Source: Naegleria gruberi (taxonomy: Eukaryota). Taken from it: 64,000 nucleotides of DNA. This document shows positions 35,966 through 48,290 of this stretch, one piece after another. A model generated the notes under the pieces. It was not told where the DNA came from. It searched no databases and saw only the letters and a program-made list of their open reading frames with translations. Numbering within the stretch: the first letter of the stretch is position 1; each line of letters begins with the position of its first letter. The position numbers and the translations under genes are program-made. The stretch lies in assembly GCA_000004985.1 (NCBI GenBank), contig GG738921.1, one strand, 5' to 3'.

Positions 35966-38900
35966 ATGGACTGGTTGTTGCCAATATTTTTGACTTTTTC
36001 ATTCTTTTCAAAATTGAAAAAAATGTTGAAGAGAACAAGTACCAGCCTTCAACCCAAGAGAAAATTCGGAGGCTCTCTCCTATCAACAGTGCACAATACC
36101 AATGGCACCAACTCTAGGGCAACCAATAGAATTAATCATCATGTTGGTTGTCTTTTTTCGAATCCTTCCGTTGGCTTTCATTCAACTATGGGAATTAATT
36201 CATCATCATCATCGAATATTAGTACAACAACAACATCATCTAATACTACTACTACTTCGAGTAAAAGAACATCAAATAATAATAATATTCAATCGATTAA
36301 TATTGGAAATATTAATTTATATTCATCAACATCCGTTCAGGAAGGTGAACAAACAATAGAGCAAGAATTGTTAATACCAAATTATTCATTATTTGGAGAG
36401 GATGTTTCACAATTGGATCAACAGAAGGACATTCTTTCACATCTCAAGTGGATGGCAATGAAGGATAAGATGAAACAGGACATGTTTTTGATTGGACATT
36501 ACGGAGAATTGAAGAGACATTTGGCATTTACATATTGCCAGTTGGCTAGAAGAAGTGTGGAATATGTTTGTATCACTAAAGATACAAGTGAACACGATTT
36601 TAAACAAAGAAGAGAAATAGAGACAGGTTCTGCTTTTTATGTGGATCAAGCTGCTGTTAGAGCTGCAAAGAATGGCTCAGTTTTGATTTTGGAAGGAATT
36701 GAAAAGGCAGATCTCAACATTTTGCCAATTTTGAATAATCTGATGGAGAATAGAGAAATGGCCCTCGAATCTGGAACCATGCTCATCTCTCCACAACGTT
36801 ATAAACAATTAATCGAAGAGGAGGGGAAAACACCAGAAGAATTAAAATTAATGAAGATTGAACCAGTTCATGAAGATTTTAGAATTATTGCTATGGGATT
36901 GCCTGTTCCATATTATGATGGAAATACTTTGGACCCTCCATTGAGATCGAGATTTAATGCTAGAGTTATTGATTTACCATCAATGGAGTCAATCTTCAGT
37001 TCCTTGGTCAATCATAGAACCAATGACCAAGTTCTTTCATTTCTCAGCAATGAACAAAAGAAGAGTCTCTTCTTGTCTCTCATTCAATTCACTCAGTCTA
37101 TTGTCCATTTGGATAACATGCTGATGAATAGTAAGGATGCTGTAAATACCAATAGCAAGACTGGCTCTATTGAATTGCTCCCAAGATTTCCAATCGATAA
37201 TTTGAAGAATTTAATTGAAATGTTGAATGATTACAGATCGATATTTGCTTCCTCTGTTGAGAATGTCGAAAGTCTCATCCATACCTTATATCCTTTCGAA
37301 CTCTTCATGTCGAGAGAGAAGGACAAATCTGAAGATGAAAAATTAGAGCAAAACAAAATGATTGAAATTATTAAGGAGCAATTGAAGGAGTGCTCGACCA
37401 AAATTCATGAAATAATTTCTCAAGATTTCTCTCCAGCATCATCTTCTGACCAGAAACAAGAATTAATTGGAAATCTTTTATCTCAAGCTAAGGCCACTCA
37501 CTTTAAAGATATTGGATTTGTTCTGATTGAAAAACATAGACAAGTTCTCACTGAAATGATGAGATCTCATTTGTGTGGAAAGGATATGTGCTTGATTGGA
37601 GGCAAGGGTTCAGGAAAATCACTCATTTCTCATGCCTTTGCAAGTATGGTTGGCTACAAGGCAGTTGTCTTTCCAATGTACAAGGAAATGACTTCGAAGG
37701 ATTTGCTACAAAAAAGAGGAACAGACTCGGCAGGTAATACCATTTGGAAAAATTCAGTGCTCATTGACTCAATGATTGATGGCTCGCTGTGTATCTTGGA
37801 CGGCATTGATAGAATGAGTACAGATATTTTGCTTTCCATTCAAACTCTTATTCAAGATCGTGTATTGTACTTGTTCAATGGAAATCGTTATGTTTCACAT
37901 GAATATTATGACAAGTTCCTTTCTCAAGGATTTACCAAAGAAGAGTTGAGCAGCAAGGGAATTTATAGAATTCATGAGGATTTTAGAATTATTGCTATCG
38001 GATTAAATGATTCCCTCAAGTGGCTCTCATTAGAATTATTCAACTTGTTCCATTTCCATACTGTTCCAAAACTTTCCATTGAAGAGGAGGTAGATTTGTT
38101 GAGTTCTAGAGTTGGAGCTGATGCATCTAGCCAAAATTTGATTAATGCCCTAATCAGAATCAAGAATGATTACAATAACACAGAATTCAACCAAGACCAG
38201 CGTTTAATTTCCATGAGAGATTTGATTAGAATTGTCAAGAGAAGTATGATTTTCAAGGATGAATGCATTTTGACCGCCATAGAAAGAACTACCATGACCT
38301 ACTTGTTACCAAAGCACCATTTGGAATTATTAAGAAAATTGGCTATCAAGTACAAGGTTTCACACAATCAAAACACCCCAACTGATAAGCCAGTTCATAT
38401 CGAAAAGACTGACACTCACATACAAATGGATGATATCAAAGTTCCAATTAATTTAAATGCCAATTTATTACTGGTTCCAAAGCCATACTTTGTGCAGACA
38501 GAACAACATGCCATTGTGATGAAAGCCATGCTCAAGGATCATCTCATTGGTGATCACAGTTTACTCATTGGCTATCAAGGTGTTGGTAAAAACAAGATTA
38601 CAGATCAATTTTTAAATTTGCTCCAATGTGAAAGAGAGTACATGCAACTCCATCGTGACATTACCATTGCTTCTCTGACAGTTCAACCTTCTGTTGTGGA
38701 TGGAGTTTTGACCTACATTGATTCTCCACTTGTTAAAGCTGTTCGCCACGGAAGAATTCTAGTTTTGGATGAAATTGATAAGGCACCTTTGGAAGTTGTT
38801 TCAATTTTAAAGTCACTAGTTGAGGATGGAAATATGGTTCTCGGAGATGGAAGAACAATTGTAACCATGAAGGAATATCAAAAGAGAAAGCAACAAAATG

Positions 38901-41900
38901 ATCCACATTTACACAAACTCTTACCAATCATGAAGGGATTTAGAATTATTGCATTGTCCAATCCTCCAACATTCCCATTCCATGGAAATTCATTCTATGA
39001 TGCTAGTGGTGATATTTTCTCTAATCACTATGTTAGTAATCCAAGAGGTGACAGTGAAATCAAATTGTTGCAAAGTTATGGACCAGATGTTCCATTGTTG
39101 ATTATCAAAAAGTTGAGCGGTGCCTTTGATGATTTACGATTGGCAGTCGAAGAGGGTGTCATTCAATATCCATACTCTACAAGAGAATTGGTTCATATCG
39201 TCAAACATTTACAAGCATTCCCTAACGAGGCAACTCTTCAAGATGCACTTGCTAATGTTTTCGATTTTGACTCATTTGATAGAGAAACTCTTGAATTCTT
39301 GGCCAAAGTTTTCCAAAAACATGAAATTCCAGTATCATTCAACAATATTGGTGAGTAGTTTCAAAAGATTTTCAAAGTGCATCAACAATATTCCTTCTTC
39401 AGAACAATTTTCTATTAGGATGGCCCAAGAAGTTCCACTTGTAAAAACCAATGAAGGAAAAAACATTTGTTTTCTAAGTTCGAGTAAGTTTTCTTTTTTC
39501 TTTCCCATACTTAACCTGAGAAAGATCCAAAATTGACCTCAAGTTGTGAAATTCAAAACGTACCATATTTTATTAGAAATTACACAAGTAATCAAATGTA
39601 TTACGATGAACCAGATTCTGGAGCTTTTGCTACAAAAAATCCAGCAGACAAATTTACAAATTTGATGGAATTTAGTGAATTGAGATATATCATTAACTTG
39701 CCATGCAACAAGGCTAAAGAAATTGTTTCTTTGGAAGATTCTGTACATGTCTTTTCAACATCAAATCCATTTGGAATGATTCATTTTGAGAGTAATGCAT
39801 GTGATTCATTCAAAGTGACCGAGTTGTACTATATTCAATCTAAATTGGGTCCAAACTTGAGTTTTGTTTCTCTTAAAAACATCAAGGTAGTTGCCTTATT
39901 TTCTGCTAAACTTGCTAGACCAGACAGGTTCAAAGTCGATACTCAATCCAATTTCATAGACACTGATGTGTATGCACTGATTTATCATCCAAAACTCAAT
40001 AAGAAATTTGAATTGGACTTTTCATATAGTCAATTCGTTCAAAATTCTCTGCATAAGGATGTGAGAAGTTTACCGATTCAAATTCTAACAGAATTTACCG
40101 ATAGCCATTCAATGGTTGGAATCTATCAAAGTGGATCAAGAACAATTCAATTAATTGATATGAGCTCATGGGATCCTTCCGTTCCTATCAAAAGAGGTAC
40201 ACCTCCACATAATTCTAAGAGTATCCACTTGCCTTTTAACATAGACACCGTTAGATGGCTCTCACCAAATACATTCCTGGTTTTAGAGTATGGTGGTGTG
40301 AGTAATTATTGGAAAGTTGTGGAATTGAATGGAAATTCTGTGGAAATTAAGGATGTAAGCGACATGTCAACAATATCTCTCAAGGAGTATCATGTAAACT
40401 CGAGCGGAAAGGAAAATCTCATTTTTGCTCAACCATTTATCAAGGAGAATACTCCTCAAGAAGTATATTTGAGAAAGATTGCGAGAAAGGATGATTTACT
40501 CACTATTGAAACTGATTTATCTCTTCAAAAAGGAAATCCAAAAATTGTCAATGTACAAACCAAGTATTTGAAGAAATCCAACCAATTGGTTCTCCTACAT
40601 CACGATAACGATGGTCTTCCTACATTGGATGTATTGAATTTTGAAAGGAATACTTATCGTAGAGTAACTCCCCCTGAGAGAAAGTCCAAAGTTGCACCTT
40701 CTTTCGATTCTTCCAAGTCTCGATTTGTAGACCTTTCCAATGGATACATTGCACTCTTAGATGAGGAAAACAAACTCTTCTTATTCAATTTGAATGTGGA
40801 CAAGTTAGCAGAGGAAGCTATCAGCTGGAAAAAGTTCCACACTTCTGGTACCTCTTCTGACTCTCTCAAAATCGAATATATTCAACAAGACAAGGAAGCT
40901 AGCTTCCCTAAACACGGAAAAATTGATGATTTGCCTCATGTTGGAGGTAATACTTTTGCGGGTGGCTCTGGAGGGTTTGATACTGCCGGCTTAGCAGGCG
41001 CTGGAGGTCCATACCGATTATACAAGGAGGGAAATCCAATTGTTCAAGTTTCCGATGAAGTGAAGAATAATGTTAGTAAGGAAATTTTGGAAAGAGCCAG
41101 AGCCATGGCAGAACAAGCATACAAGAAGAGATTGCAAGAAATTGACATGACAGCGCATGAAATGAACTTGTACTCTCAATATAAGAATAATGTGAGCCAG
41201 CAAATTGATCAACTGAGAAAAACTCTTGCAGGATTAAAGTGGAGAGATGAAGAGGAGGAACGTGTTTGGATTAAAAATCAAACAACAGGTGAAATTGATG
41301 ATAACAAGATTGTGGAAGGAATTGTTGGAGAAAAGAACATTTACAAGAGGAGAGCCAATGAAAATGAAAAGAGAAAATCAAATCTTCCTAAAAAGAAGAA
41401 GCTACTCCACTTTGTAATGGATGTTTCTGGTTCAATGTATCGATTCAATCATCAAGATGAAAGATTGGACAAAATGTTGGAAATTGCTGTCATTATTATG
41501 GAAAGTTTTAAAGGATTTGAGGACAGATATGAATACAAGATTACAGGGCACTCTGGACAAACAAGTTGTTTGGAATTGGTCAAAAGAGGAGCTCCACCAA
41601 AAGATGAAAAGGAACGTCTCAAGGTTCTTCTTAAAATGCATGCTCACTCGCAATATTGTTGGAGTGGAGATACGACAGTGCGAGCAATTAGAGATGCTTC
41701 AAAGAATGAGGAAAATGATTTTGTTTTTGTCTTTTCAGATGCCAACTTATCAAGATATGGAATTTCACATCAAGATATTGCTGTTCATTTGAAGAAGAAT
41801 ACCTTTATCATTTTCATTGCATCCATGTTTAATGAAGCACAAGAACTCAAGCAAGGTCTTCCATCTTCCAATAGTTTCGTATGTTTGGATACACGAGAAT

Positions 41901-41959
41901 TATCAACAACTTTCAAGAAGATCCTATCTCAAAACATTACCATGAGTAAAAATAAATAA
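35966..41959 (+). CDS. VWA8: VWA8-like protein (about 1940 aa): MoxR/dynein-like AAA modules plus a C-terminal von Willebrand A domain. Exons 35966..39350 and 39525..41959; intron 39351-39524.
   Basis: ORFs 35963..39358 and 39533..41959 are joined in frame by a 174-bp GTGAGT..GAGAAAG intron (..FNNIG|DPKLTSSCEIQNV..). Walker A GGKGSGKS and GYQGVGKN. VWA MIDAS motif DVSGSM. The N-terminus is basic and hydroxylated, resembling a presequence (MLKRTSTSLQPKRKFGGSLLS). Confidence 0.8.
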
Positions 41960-42284
41960 ATTATGAATCATATTAGTACAACCTTAAAAGTCCTTTCCAC
42001 CATTGGCAATTCCAAATCGTGGAATGATGAGATATATGAAAGATTCATGGAACACAATGTTTTGCACGATCCAAAGAATAGGTTCCACCTCAATAGGATA
42101 TGAATACATGCCACCATCACCTTCCTAACATATTCCTCATTATCAAAAACCAATTATCTAATAGAAATATTCCTTGCTCATCATTTTGAGACATTTTTTA
42201 AAATATATTAATTAAATAATTTCATTGTAGTAATAATAAATTAGGAAATAAATATATTACACAATAAAACTACATTTGAGAATA

Positions 42285-43718
42285 TTAATCAGTTTTGGTC
42301 TTCTTTTTTGGTGGCTTGGCAGCCTTTTCATTATTGCTCACAACTTCCAGAGTGTGCACGAGAGCATTGCAAGCAGTTTCAGTAAGGATATTTCCCTCAC
42401 TATCTTTGCAGCAAAATCTTGGAACAATAGAGACCAGCTTGGAAAAGAATGGACACTTGCCATCGTCTCTCTTCTCTTCCAAAATATTGACCAGTTCTTC
42501 AGCAAGTTCTTTCTTTGGGAGGTTTCCAGATTCTTCATCTAGCTCTGCATAAACATCTTTGAGTTCCTTTAAGAGCAATTTCTTGGCGAATTCAGTAAAG
42601 AGATCATCAATGCAATTGTTTCCAAATACATCATATCTTTCAAAGGATGGAGTTGGAGCTGGTTCTTGAAGTGCCTTATAGAAACAAATGGTGCATAAAT
42701 CATAGTCATCCTTCTCTGGATCGACATAACGATAACCTCTAATTTTCTCTTTACAAGCATTGCAAGAATAGGTATCGAAATTCTCCTCTCCTATAGTTTG
42801 GAAAATGTGATCGTGTGGGTGATCGACATCTTTACAAATTGGCAAATCAGAGCCCTTTTGTTTCATGACAATCTTTTCACAACAATAGCCACACAAATCA
42901 TATTCTCCACAATCAAGACAATTGTATCTGATTCCAGTAATAGGTTCCTCACAAATGTCGCATGTGAATTCGGGCAAATCCTCTTGTTCTTCCTCTTCCT
43001 CTTCCTCAAATTCATCAATGGCTTTGACCCTTCCAATAATTCTACGTTTGAAGAATGCATTGATCAACTCTCTTTCCACATAACCATAACTATGTCTGCA
43101 CTGATTGACATTTTCAACTAGCTCATAAAATCTATCCTTAGGAAAACAATCAATATGGAAGTTATCACTAGAATCCTTGTCCCAAATATAAGTCTCCCTA
43201 TGCTCAATCTTGGCACCACACTCGGCACATTCAACACCCCAATATCCATTCTCACCTGGTGTGGAAAATGACAAATCTGTACAACCCAAATCTCTATAGT
43301 ACATTCTGACAATTTTTATCATCTTTTGTTTCCAACTAGTTTCATCTTTCACTAGGTTTAATCTAGCCTCCAAAACCTCTTTCGTCCACTTTTCCTTCTC
43401 CTTCATCACATTGAACAGCAAAGGTTCCCACAAGGCATCAGACAAGGCAAAATTTCTAAATAATTTACAAACTGGTTCGATGCTCTGAGCCAAATCGTAC
43501 TCATCCAAGAAGGATAATACCCTCAGAAAGAGAGGTTTAAATCCAATACCATCCATGATCCATTCTGGTGATTTCTCTTGAAATAAGACTCTTGATTTCG
43601 AATTATTGTTGTTCGATTGTTCCGAAGTTGTTGATTCTTGAGTGTTGTTGTTGATCGGTACGGGATCAGCGAACAAGCAGAGAAAATGATGTAATGGACG
43701 AACTTTGATGTCTTTCAT
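42285..43718 (-). CDS. Protein with an F-box-like N-terminus and two ZZ-type zinc fingers.
   Basis: 477-aa uninterrupted ORF. ZZ motifs are CDICEEPITGIRYNCLDCGEYDLCGYCC and CNACKEKIRGYRYVDPEKDDYDLCTICF. The F-box-like segment is KPLFLRVLSFLDEYDL. There is an acidic EEEEEE linker. Confidence 0.65.
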   Translation of the reverse strand: MKDIKVRPLHHFLCLFADPVPINNNTQESTTSEQSNNNNSKSRVLFQEKSPEWIMDGIGFKPLFLRVLSFLDEYDLAQSIEPVCKLFRNFALSDALWEPLLFNVMKEKEKWTKEVLEARLNLVKDETSWKQKMIKIVRMYYRDLGCTDLSFSTPGENGYWGVECAECGAKIEHRETYIWDKDSSDNFHIDCFPKDRFYELVENVNQCRHSYGYVERELINAFFKRRIIGRVKAIDEFEEEEEEEQEDLPEFTCDICEEPITGIRYNCLDCGEYDLCGYCCEKIVMKQKGSDLPICKDVDHPHDHIFQTIGEENFDTYSCNACKEKIRGYRYVDPEKDDYDLCTICFYKALQEPAPTPSFERYDVFGNNCIDDLFTEFAKKLLLKELKDVYAELDEESGNLPKKELAEELVNILEEKRDDGKCPFFSKLVSIVPRFCCKDSEGNILTETACNALVHTLEVVSNNEKAAKPPKKKTKTD

Positions 43719-43941
43719 TTTTTTTTATTAATTTTTTTTCAAAATCTGGAATTATTTATGGCGCCATACTTTACAATAACGCAAAATGTCTAAAAGAAAG
43801 AATTATGTTGCCGTAGCATGACTGTTGGCTTCATCTATAGAATTGATCATCAACTTAGTCTGATTCAGGGAGATTGGATCATTTTCATCATGTCTTGCTA
43901 ATCGATTCGAGATATGGAGGAGCTTTTCATATTATCAAGAA

Positions 43942-44014
43942 GCCGACATAGCTCAGTTGGGAGAGCGTAAGACTGAAGATCTTAAGGTCCCTGGTTCGAT
44001 CCCTGGTGTCGGCA
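43942..44014 (+). tRNA. tRNA-Phe-GAA: tRNA-Phe (anticodon GAA).
   Basis: Sequence GCCGACATAGCTCAGTTGGGAGAGCGTAAGACTGAAGATCTTAAGGTCCCTGGTTCGATCCCTGGTGTCGGCA. A textbook cloverleaf. The anticodon loop CTGAAGA gives GAA. Confidence 0.95.
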
Positions 44015-44072
44015 AATTTTAATTTTCCAATATTCCTTTCAAACATAAATCTGTCTTTTAGATTTTATTAAT

Positions 44073-44895
44073 AGAGTTCCGGCAAATGCGTATTTTGAAA
44101 ATGCGCTTTTTTAAAATGCGCATTTTTGGTACTGGTTTTTTCTGGTAGATATTGAAAGTGGGTATTTGATTAAATTTAGTCAGTGTTTTTCGGTAAATAT
44201 TGAATTTATTCACTCTTCAACAATTACATCAGAGTCAATATTGAACATGGATTTTTTTGGCATTACTATATACCTTTGGTTGAAGAAATACTGGTATTTC
44301 TATATTCATATCAATTTCCTTTACAGACTTGGTCTTGAAAGATCCTTTTTTACCTGGTGTTACCAATCCATATGATGCCAATCTATCTTCTTCATCCACA
44401 CCATGAGAATCAGTTGGCTGAGTTGAAGTGGAATTTGGATTTTGTGATTGATTTTGTGTAGGATCTGCAGAACTCGAACCAATTTGTATCTAATGAACTG
44501 GAACCAAGTTACTATCTCCATGGTAAATATTATGGAACTAAAGACAACAATGGATCAAGTTTCCGAATTCATACCAGAAAAGGAGAAAGAGTTTGCAGCT
44601 TTGGCAGAAACAAAGAAACTACAAAAGAGCTTTTTCGAATCTCTCAAAAAACCCAAACAAACGGATCAATAATTATCGAAATTAGAAAGAAACTGTTGGG
44701 AATAAATTCAATGTTTATCAATTAATTTCGAAAAATACCGATTAAACACCATGTGGTGGAACTGGTTTTGATGGGTTCAATAAATTTCGAAAAACGTCGA
44801 TTGATGGCAATCACCAACACCCACCAAAAAAAACCGGTACTGAAAATGCGCATTTTTTGAAAATGCGCTTTTTAAATGCGCATTTGCCGGAACTC
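44073..44895. mobile_element. Non-autonomous MITE-like DNA element, 823 bp, with about 75-bp terminal inverted repeats and TA flanks.
   Basis: The left TIR is 44073-44147: GAGTTCCGGCAAATGCGTATTTTGAAAATGCGCTTTTTTAAAATGCGCATTTTTGGTACTGGTTTTTT. The right TIR (44826-44895) is its reverse complement, about 90% identical, and ends CCGGAACTC. Each arm has three palindromic AAATGCGCATTT-type motifs. TA sits immediately outside both ends. There are subterminal direct repeats AATTTCGAAAAAYRYCGATTRA at 44718 and 44781. The internal ORFs are short with no transposase. Confidence 0.6.
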
Positions 44896-44969
44896 TAATG
44901 TAAAGATAGTTTCAAATTTGCTACAATGAGCGTTTCAGCGATCACACATCAAAACACAATCCATTAAAC

Positions 44970-45773
44970 ATGCTCAAAACGGTACAACCACGGCTAAAAG
45001 AACGAAAAAAAATGTCGCTATTTACACTCCTGCTTGCCATTTGTTTATGTGGCTTGATTTATGCCATGCCACATGTCAATGCCACGGCTAGTCAATGCAC
45101 CAGACCATTTAACACATACAGTTCAAGTGCCAAGAGAAGTACAGCTGCAGCAGTTGCTCTTTCTAAAACATTCGATTTTTCACAAGATATTTTAGCTGCA
45201 CAAACAGCTGTCAACCAAGAATCTGATGTTTCGACATTGGCAGCTACAAGCTTATTTTCCTTCGGTAAGCTTTCTGCAAAAGCCAAACAAAATGTGAAAA
45301 TGGCACCAAAACATTTCACTGGTAAAACTGGACCATTATTCGCCAAGATTCAGAATCGTATAATGGAATTCACTGGATTGGACGAAACTGCATGTGTTGC
45401 ATGTCGATTGAATTGTCTAGATGCCATTCCTACCTTTGGAACTATCTTTAGCGAATGTGAAAATCAATTCTATTATTATGGATGTCAAAAAGTAGCTCCA
45501 TGTCATTCCATGTCAGATGGCAATGTCGTATTGGAAACTGCTGTTGGTATTTGTTTGGAAAGAAATAAGTGTAAATTGGTAGATTCATTGGTAGATTTGC
45601 AAAATACTAGAAGAAGAATTGGATTTGCTAGGAGACGAATGGTTTCGCCAACAATAGACGAAATTAAGAAGGGAGTTGTTTCAAGAGTTGGACAATATAT
45701 TGATAATTATAATAGAAAACCATTTTCTTTTGGTAAAAAGAGAGGTTTGTTTGGAGGTAGAGGTAGAAATTAA
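44970..45773 (+). CDS. Hypothetical secreted Cys-containing protein (probable start at ATG 45012).
   Basis: 267-aa ORF with a signal-peptide-like segment MSLFTLLLAICLCGLIYA and about 10 Cys. No recognisable domain. Confidence 0.45.
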   Translation: MLKTVQPRLKERKKMSLFTLLLAICLCGLIYAMPHVNATASQCTRPFNTYSSSAKRSTAAAVALSKTFDFSQDILAAQTAVNQESDVSTLAATSLFSFGKLSAKAKQNVKMAPKHFTGKTGPLFAKIQNRIMEFTGLDETACVACRLNCLDAIPTFGTIFSECENQFYYYGCQKVAPCHSMSDGNVVLETAVGICLERNKCKLVDSLVDLQNTRRRIGFARRRMVSPTIDEIKKGVVSRVGQYIDNYNRKPFSFGKKRGLFGGRGRN

Positions 45774-45993
45774 ATCTTGTTGAGATTCTAATAAAGTTTA
45801 GTTTTTTCTTTCGTTTTATATAATAAACATTTTCCCGCCATTTATAACATACAGTAACAACAGTAAGTTCGAAGTTTAAAAAATAAGCAAAAATAAAAAA
45901 TTGTTTTCTTAATCCAAAAAAAAAGCGTGGTCTAAAATATCATCACGAATATTAATTTTTTATTTTTCAATATTTTATACATATATTAGAGAG

Positions 45994-47541
45994 ATGAATT
46001 CCAGAATATTTGATTGTGCCCAGACGAATAATAGCGAGAGGATGGAAATTCTGCTCGGAACCGATGAAAAGAAGAGGAAAATTCTTGCCAATGGAAGAAA
46101 TAAGAAGAATTTGACTCCGCTGCATATTGCTTGTGATTGGAATGCTGCTCAGTGTGTAAGAGTCTTGTTGGAGGCTGGTGCTAATCGTGAGGCTGTTGAT
46201 GATCATGGAAGAAATGCCTTCTCATTTGCAAAGAGAGGTGGATTTATTGAAATTATCAACATGTTGGAAACTTACTACCCGAATGGTAGTTTGATCAATG
46301 AAAAGATTGGAAATAAGGGTGGTGCTTCGTCTTCCTCTGCATCAGCATCATCATCATCAGATGTGAAGGAAAATAATGCAAAGATTAGTGATTTAACAAT
46401 GAATATTGTGCAAGCATCATCAAATCCAATTAAGGAAAACAGTCAAGAGAAGGAGGTGAGATTTGAAGCTCCTCTTAAAAGAACTGCTTCTTATTTTTCA
46501 AAGAGTTCAAAGGTGCCAAAAATGGAAGATGATGAATCTGTGAGCAGTGCTGGCTATTCACAATCAGATGATGAATTAGATAGTCCAATAGTCAGTTCTA
46601 GAATTCAATGGGTTTCGACTGAGAAACGTAAACAAAGACCAAAATCAAATCCAAACAAGATATCACCAATATCAAGAGTTAGACCAGTAACAAACCAAGT
46701 ATCAAAGAATACAGGAAGCGAAACAAAGTCATGTGCAACAACATTTGATATTATCAAAACAAAACCAATCAGTAAGAAGGAAACTAAACTTGTCACTGAG
46801 AGTAAGGACTTTGATGAGAATGAAAAACAAGTTCTTCTCAATATGAAACGTCAATATTTCAAGATTAACTTACAAGGAGCCGAATATACTATTCATGCAA
46901 GACTATTACAAAATGATTCTGAAAAGAAAGTGATATGTTGTCATGGATTTTCATACTGCCAGTCTGGTTATCAATGGATCAAGTTGGCTGCAGCTCTTCA
47001 TCAACGTGGATGGGATGTCATATTATTGGATTTACCAGGCTTTGGAAAGAGTTCTGGCGCTACTCATCAAACAAGAATTTGGAAAAATGATGGACCTGAT
47101 ATTGTGAAAACTATTTTGGAAGGTTTGTCTTTACCAAGGATATGTGTTATTGGAAGATGTGGAGGAGCTGCAACACTCATGAGAACATTTGTAAAATATC
47201 CTCATCTATTTCACAAACGATTTTTGACCCACAACTCAGTCATTGGTGAATGGCCACTTCAATTCGACAATCTCCTCCAGAAAACCAAAACAAAACTCAT
47301 GGTGACATGGTGTGCAGATCCTGATCACTCTAAAATGTGTGTCGCCTACAAGCATTTGAACTTTTTGAGAAAGACCAATTTTGAAAATGTTAAATTCATG
47401 GATATAGACCTCAACTTTTTAGGTAGTGGAAATGGATATGTTGAAGGGATAACTAGAACTAATTTTGTAAATTACAACATTCCAAGTCCAGAATATCTAA
47501 AGATGGCTATAACCCACTTGGAAGAAGCTTATGCACCATAA
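45994..47541 (+). CDS. Ankyrin-repeat plus alpha/beta-hydrolase-fold protein.
   Basis: 515-aa ORF. ANK-like repeats at the N-terminus (NLTPLHIACDWNAAQCVRVLLEAGANREAVDDHGRNAFSFA). A Ser/Asp-rich linker. C-terminal hydrolase fold (ICCHGFSYCQSGYQWIKLAAALHQRGWDVILLDLPGFGKSSG). Confidence 0.6.
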   Translation: MNSRIFDCAQTNNSERMEILLGTDEKKRKILANGRNKKNLTPLHIACDWNAAQCVRVLLEAGANREAVDDHGRNAFSFAKRGGFIEIINMLETYYPNGSLINEKIGNKGGASSSSASASSSSDVKENNAKISDLTMNIVQASSNPIKENSQEKEVRFEAPLKRTASYFSKSSKVPKMEDDESVSSAGYSQSDDELDSPIVSSRIQWVSTEKRKQRPKSNPNKISPISRVRPVTNQVSKNTGSETKSCATTFDIIKTKPISKKETKLVTESKDFDENEKQVLLNMKRQYFKINLQGAEYTIHARLLQNDSEKKVICCHGFSYCQSGYQWIKLAAALHQRGWDVILLDLPGFGKSSGATHQTRIWKNDGPDIVKTILEGLSLPRICVIGRCGGAATLMRTFVKYPHLFHKRFLTHNSVIGEWPLQFDNLLQKTKTKLMVTWCADPDHSKMCVAYKHLNFLRKTNFENVKFMDIDLNFLGSGNGYVEGITRTNFVNYNIPSPEYLKMAITHLEEAYAP

Positions 47542-47945
47542 GTGTTGAATCAACATTTCGAATTTGTTAATGATGACAGTTGGCATTTTGTTGGCTTGTT
47601 CATTCTCTTGAGAATCTAGTGTGATGGAATAGCTAGTCCCCCTTCCTGATATTGGATCCAAATTAGTTCATGTTTGCCACCTTCAATATTTTTACAAAGT
47701 TTACAAAAATTGTTAAAAATCAAATTCGAATTGTGCCAAACAAGCGCAACAACTCTTTCCAAATCTTTTTGTTTTTGGGCCTTTCGCCATGGCTGTTTTT
47801 TAATAATACTACATTCGTCATGGATTAGGGCACCTCGGACGAAACTAAATTGTCGTATCCGCTTAACCAGGTACTAAATTGCACTGATTTTTTGAATGTT
47901 TTCAAAGTAAAAACAAACGTCTAGATTGCCACTCAACGATGAAAC

Positions 47946-48290
47946 ATGCAACAAGCAAACATTTCTCTACATAATCAAAGAAGAAAGCATACGAAACACA
48001 TTCGAATATATCTTCTCCTCACAATTCTTGGAATTCTTTCTTTATTACTCGGATTGATAGAGATTGGCATTTCCATCGTGTTGGGTATTTGGAGTGCCGT
48101 GAAATGTCGTGATGATGATTGTGATGAAAACTTAACAGCATGGATTATAATTCCATTATGTTTGACGGCTGCCATGTTTGCATGTGTTGGGTTTATTTTG
48201 ATACCTGTTGGGATTTTGGGAATGTTAAAGTGGAGGAGAATGGAAATGATGAATGCAGTGATGGAAAGTCAGCATGTTGCGTCTGTTTAG
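47946..48290 (+). CDS. Small (114 aa) predicted 2-3 TM membrane protein.
   Basis: ORF with hydrophobic helices LLLTILGILSLLLGLIEIGISIVLGIW and IIIPLCLTAAMFACVGFILIPVGILGML. No homology recognised. Confidence 0.3.
   Translation: MQQANISLHNQRRKHTKHIRIYLLLTILGILSLLLGLIEIGISIVLGIWSAVKCRDDDCDENLTAWIIIPLCLTAAMFACVGFILIPVGILGMLKWRRMEMMNAVMESQHVASV

Noticed and set aside
36102-36359. Internal ORF in another frame inside the VWA8-like gene.
   Set aside because: It lies entirely within a long, well-supported coding exon on the same strand, so it is a frame artefact.
47831-47880. Possible U1 snRNA 5' end (CCAGGTAC.. as the reverse complement of ACTTACCTGG).
   Set aside because: The match to the U1 5' splice-site-recognition sequence is imperfect (AGTACCTGG versus ACTTACCTGG). 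Downstream sequence does not follow U1 stem-loop organisation. Kept only as a generic possible-ncRNA note.
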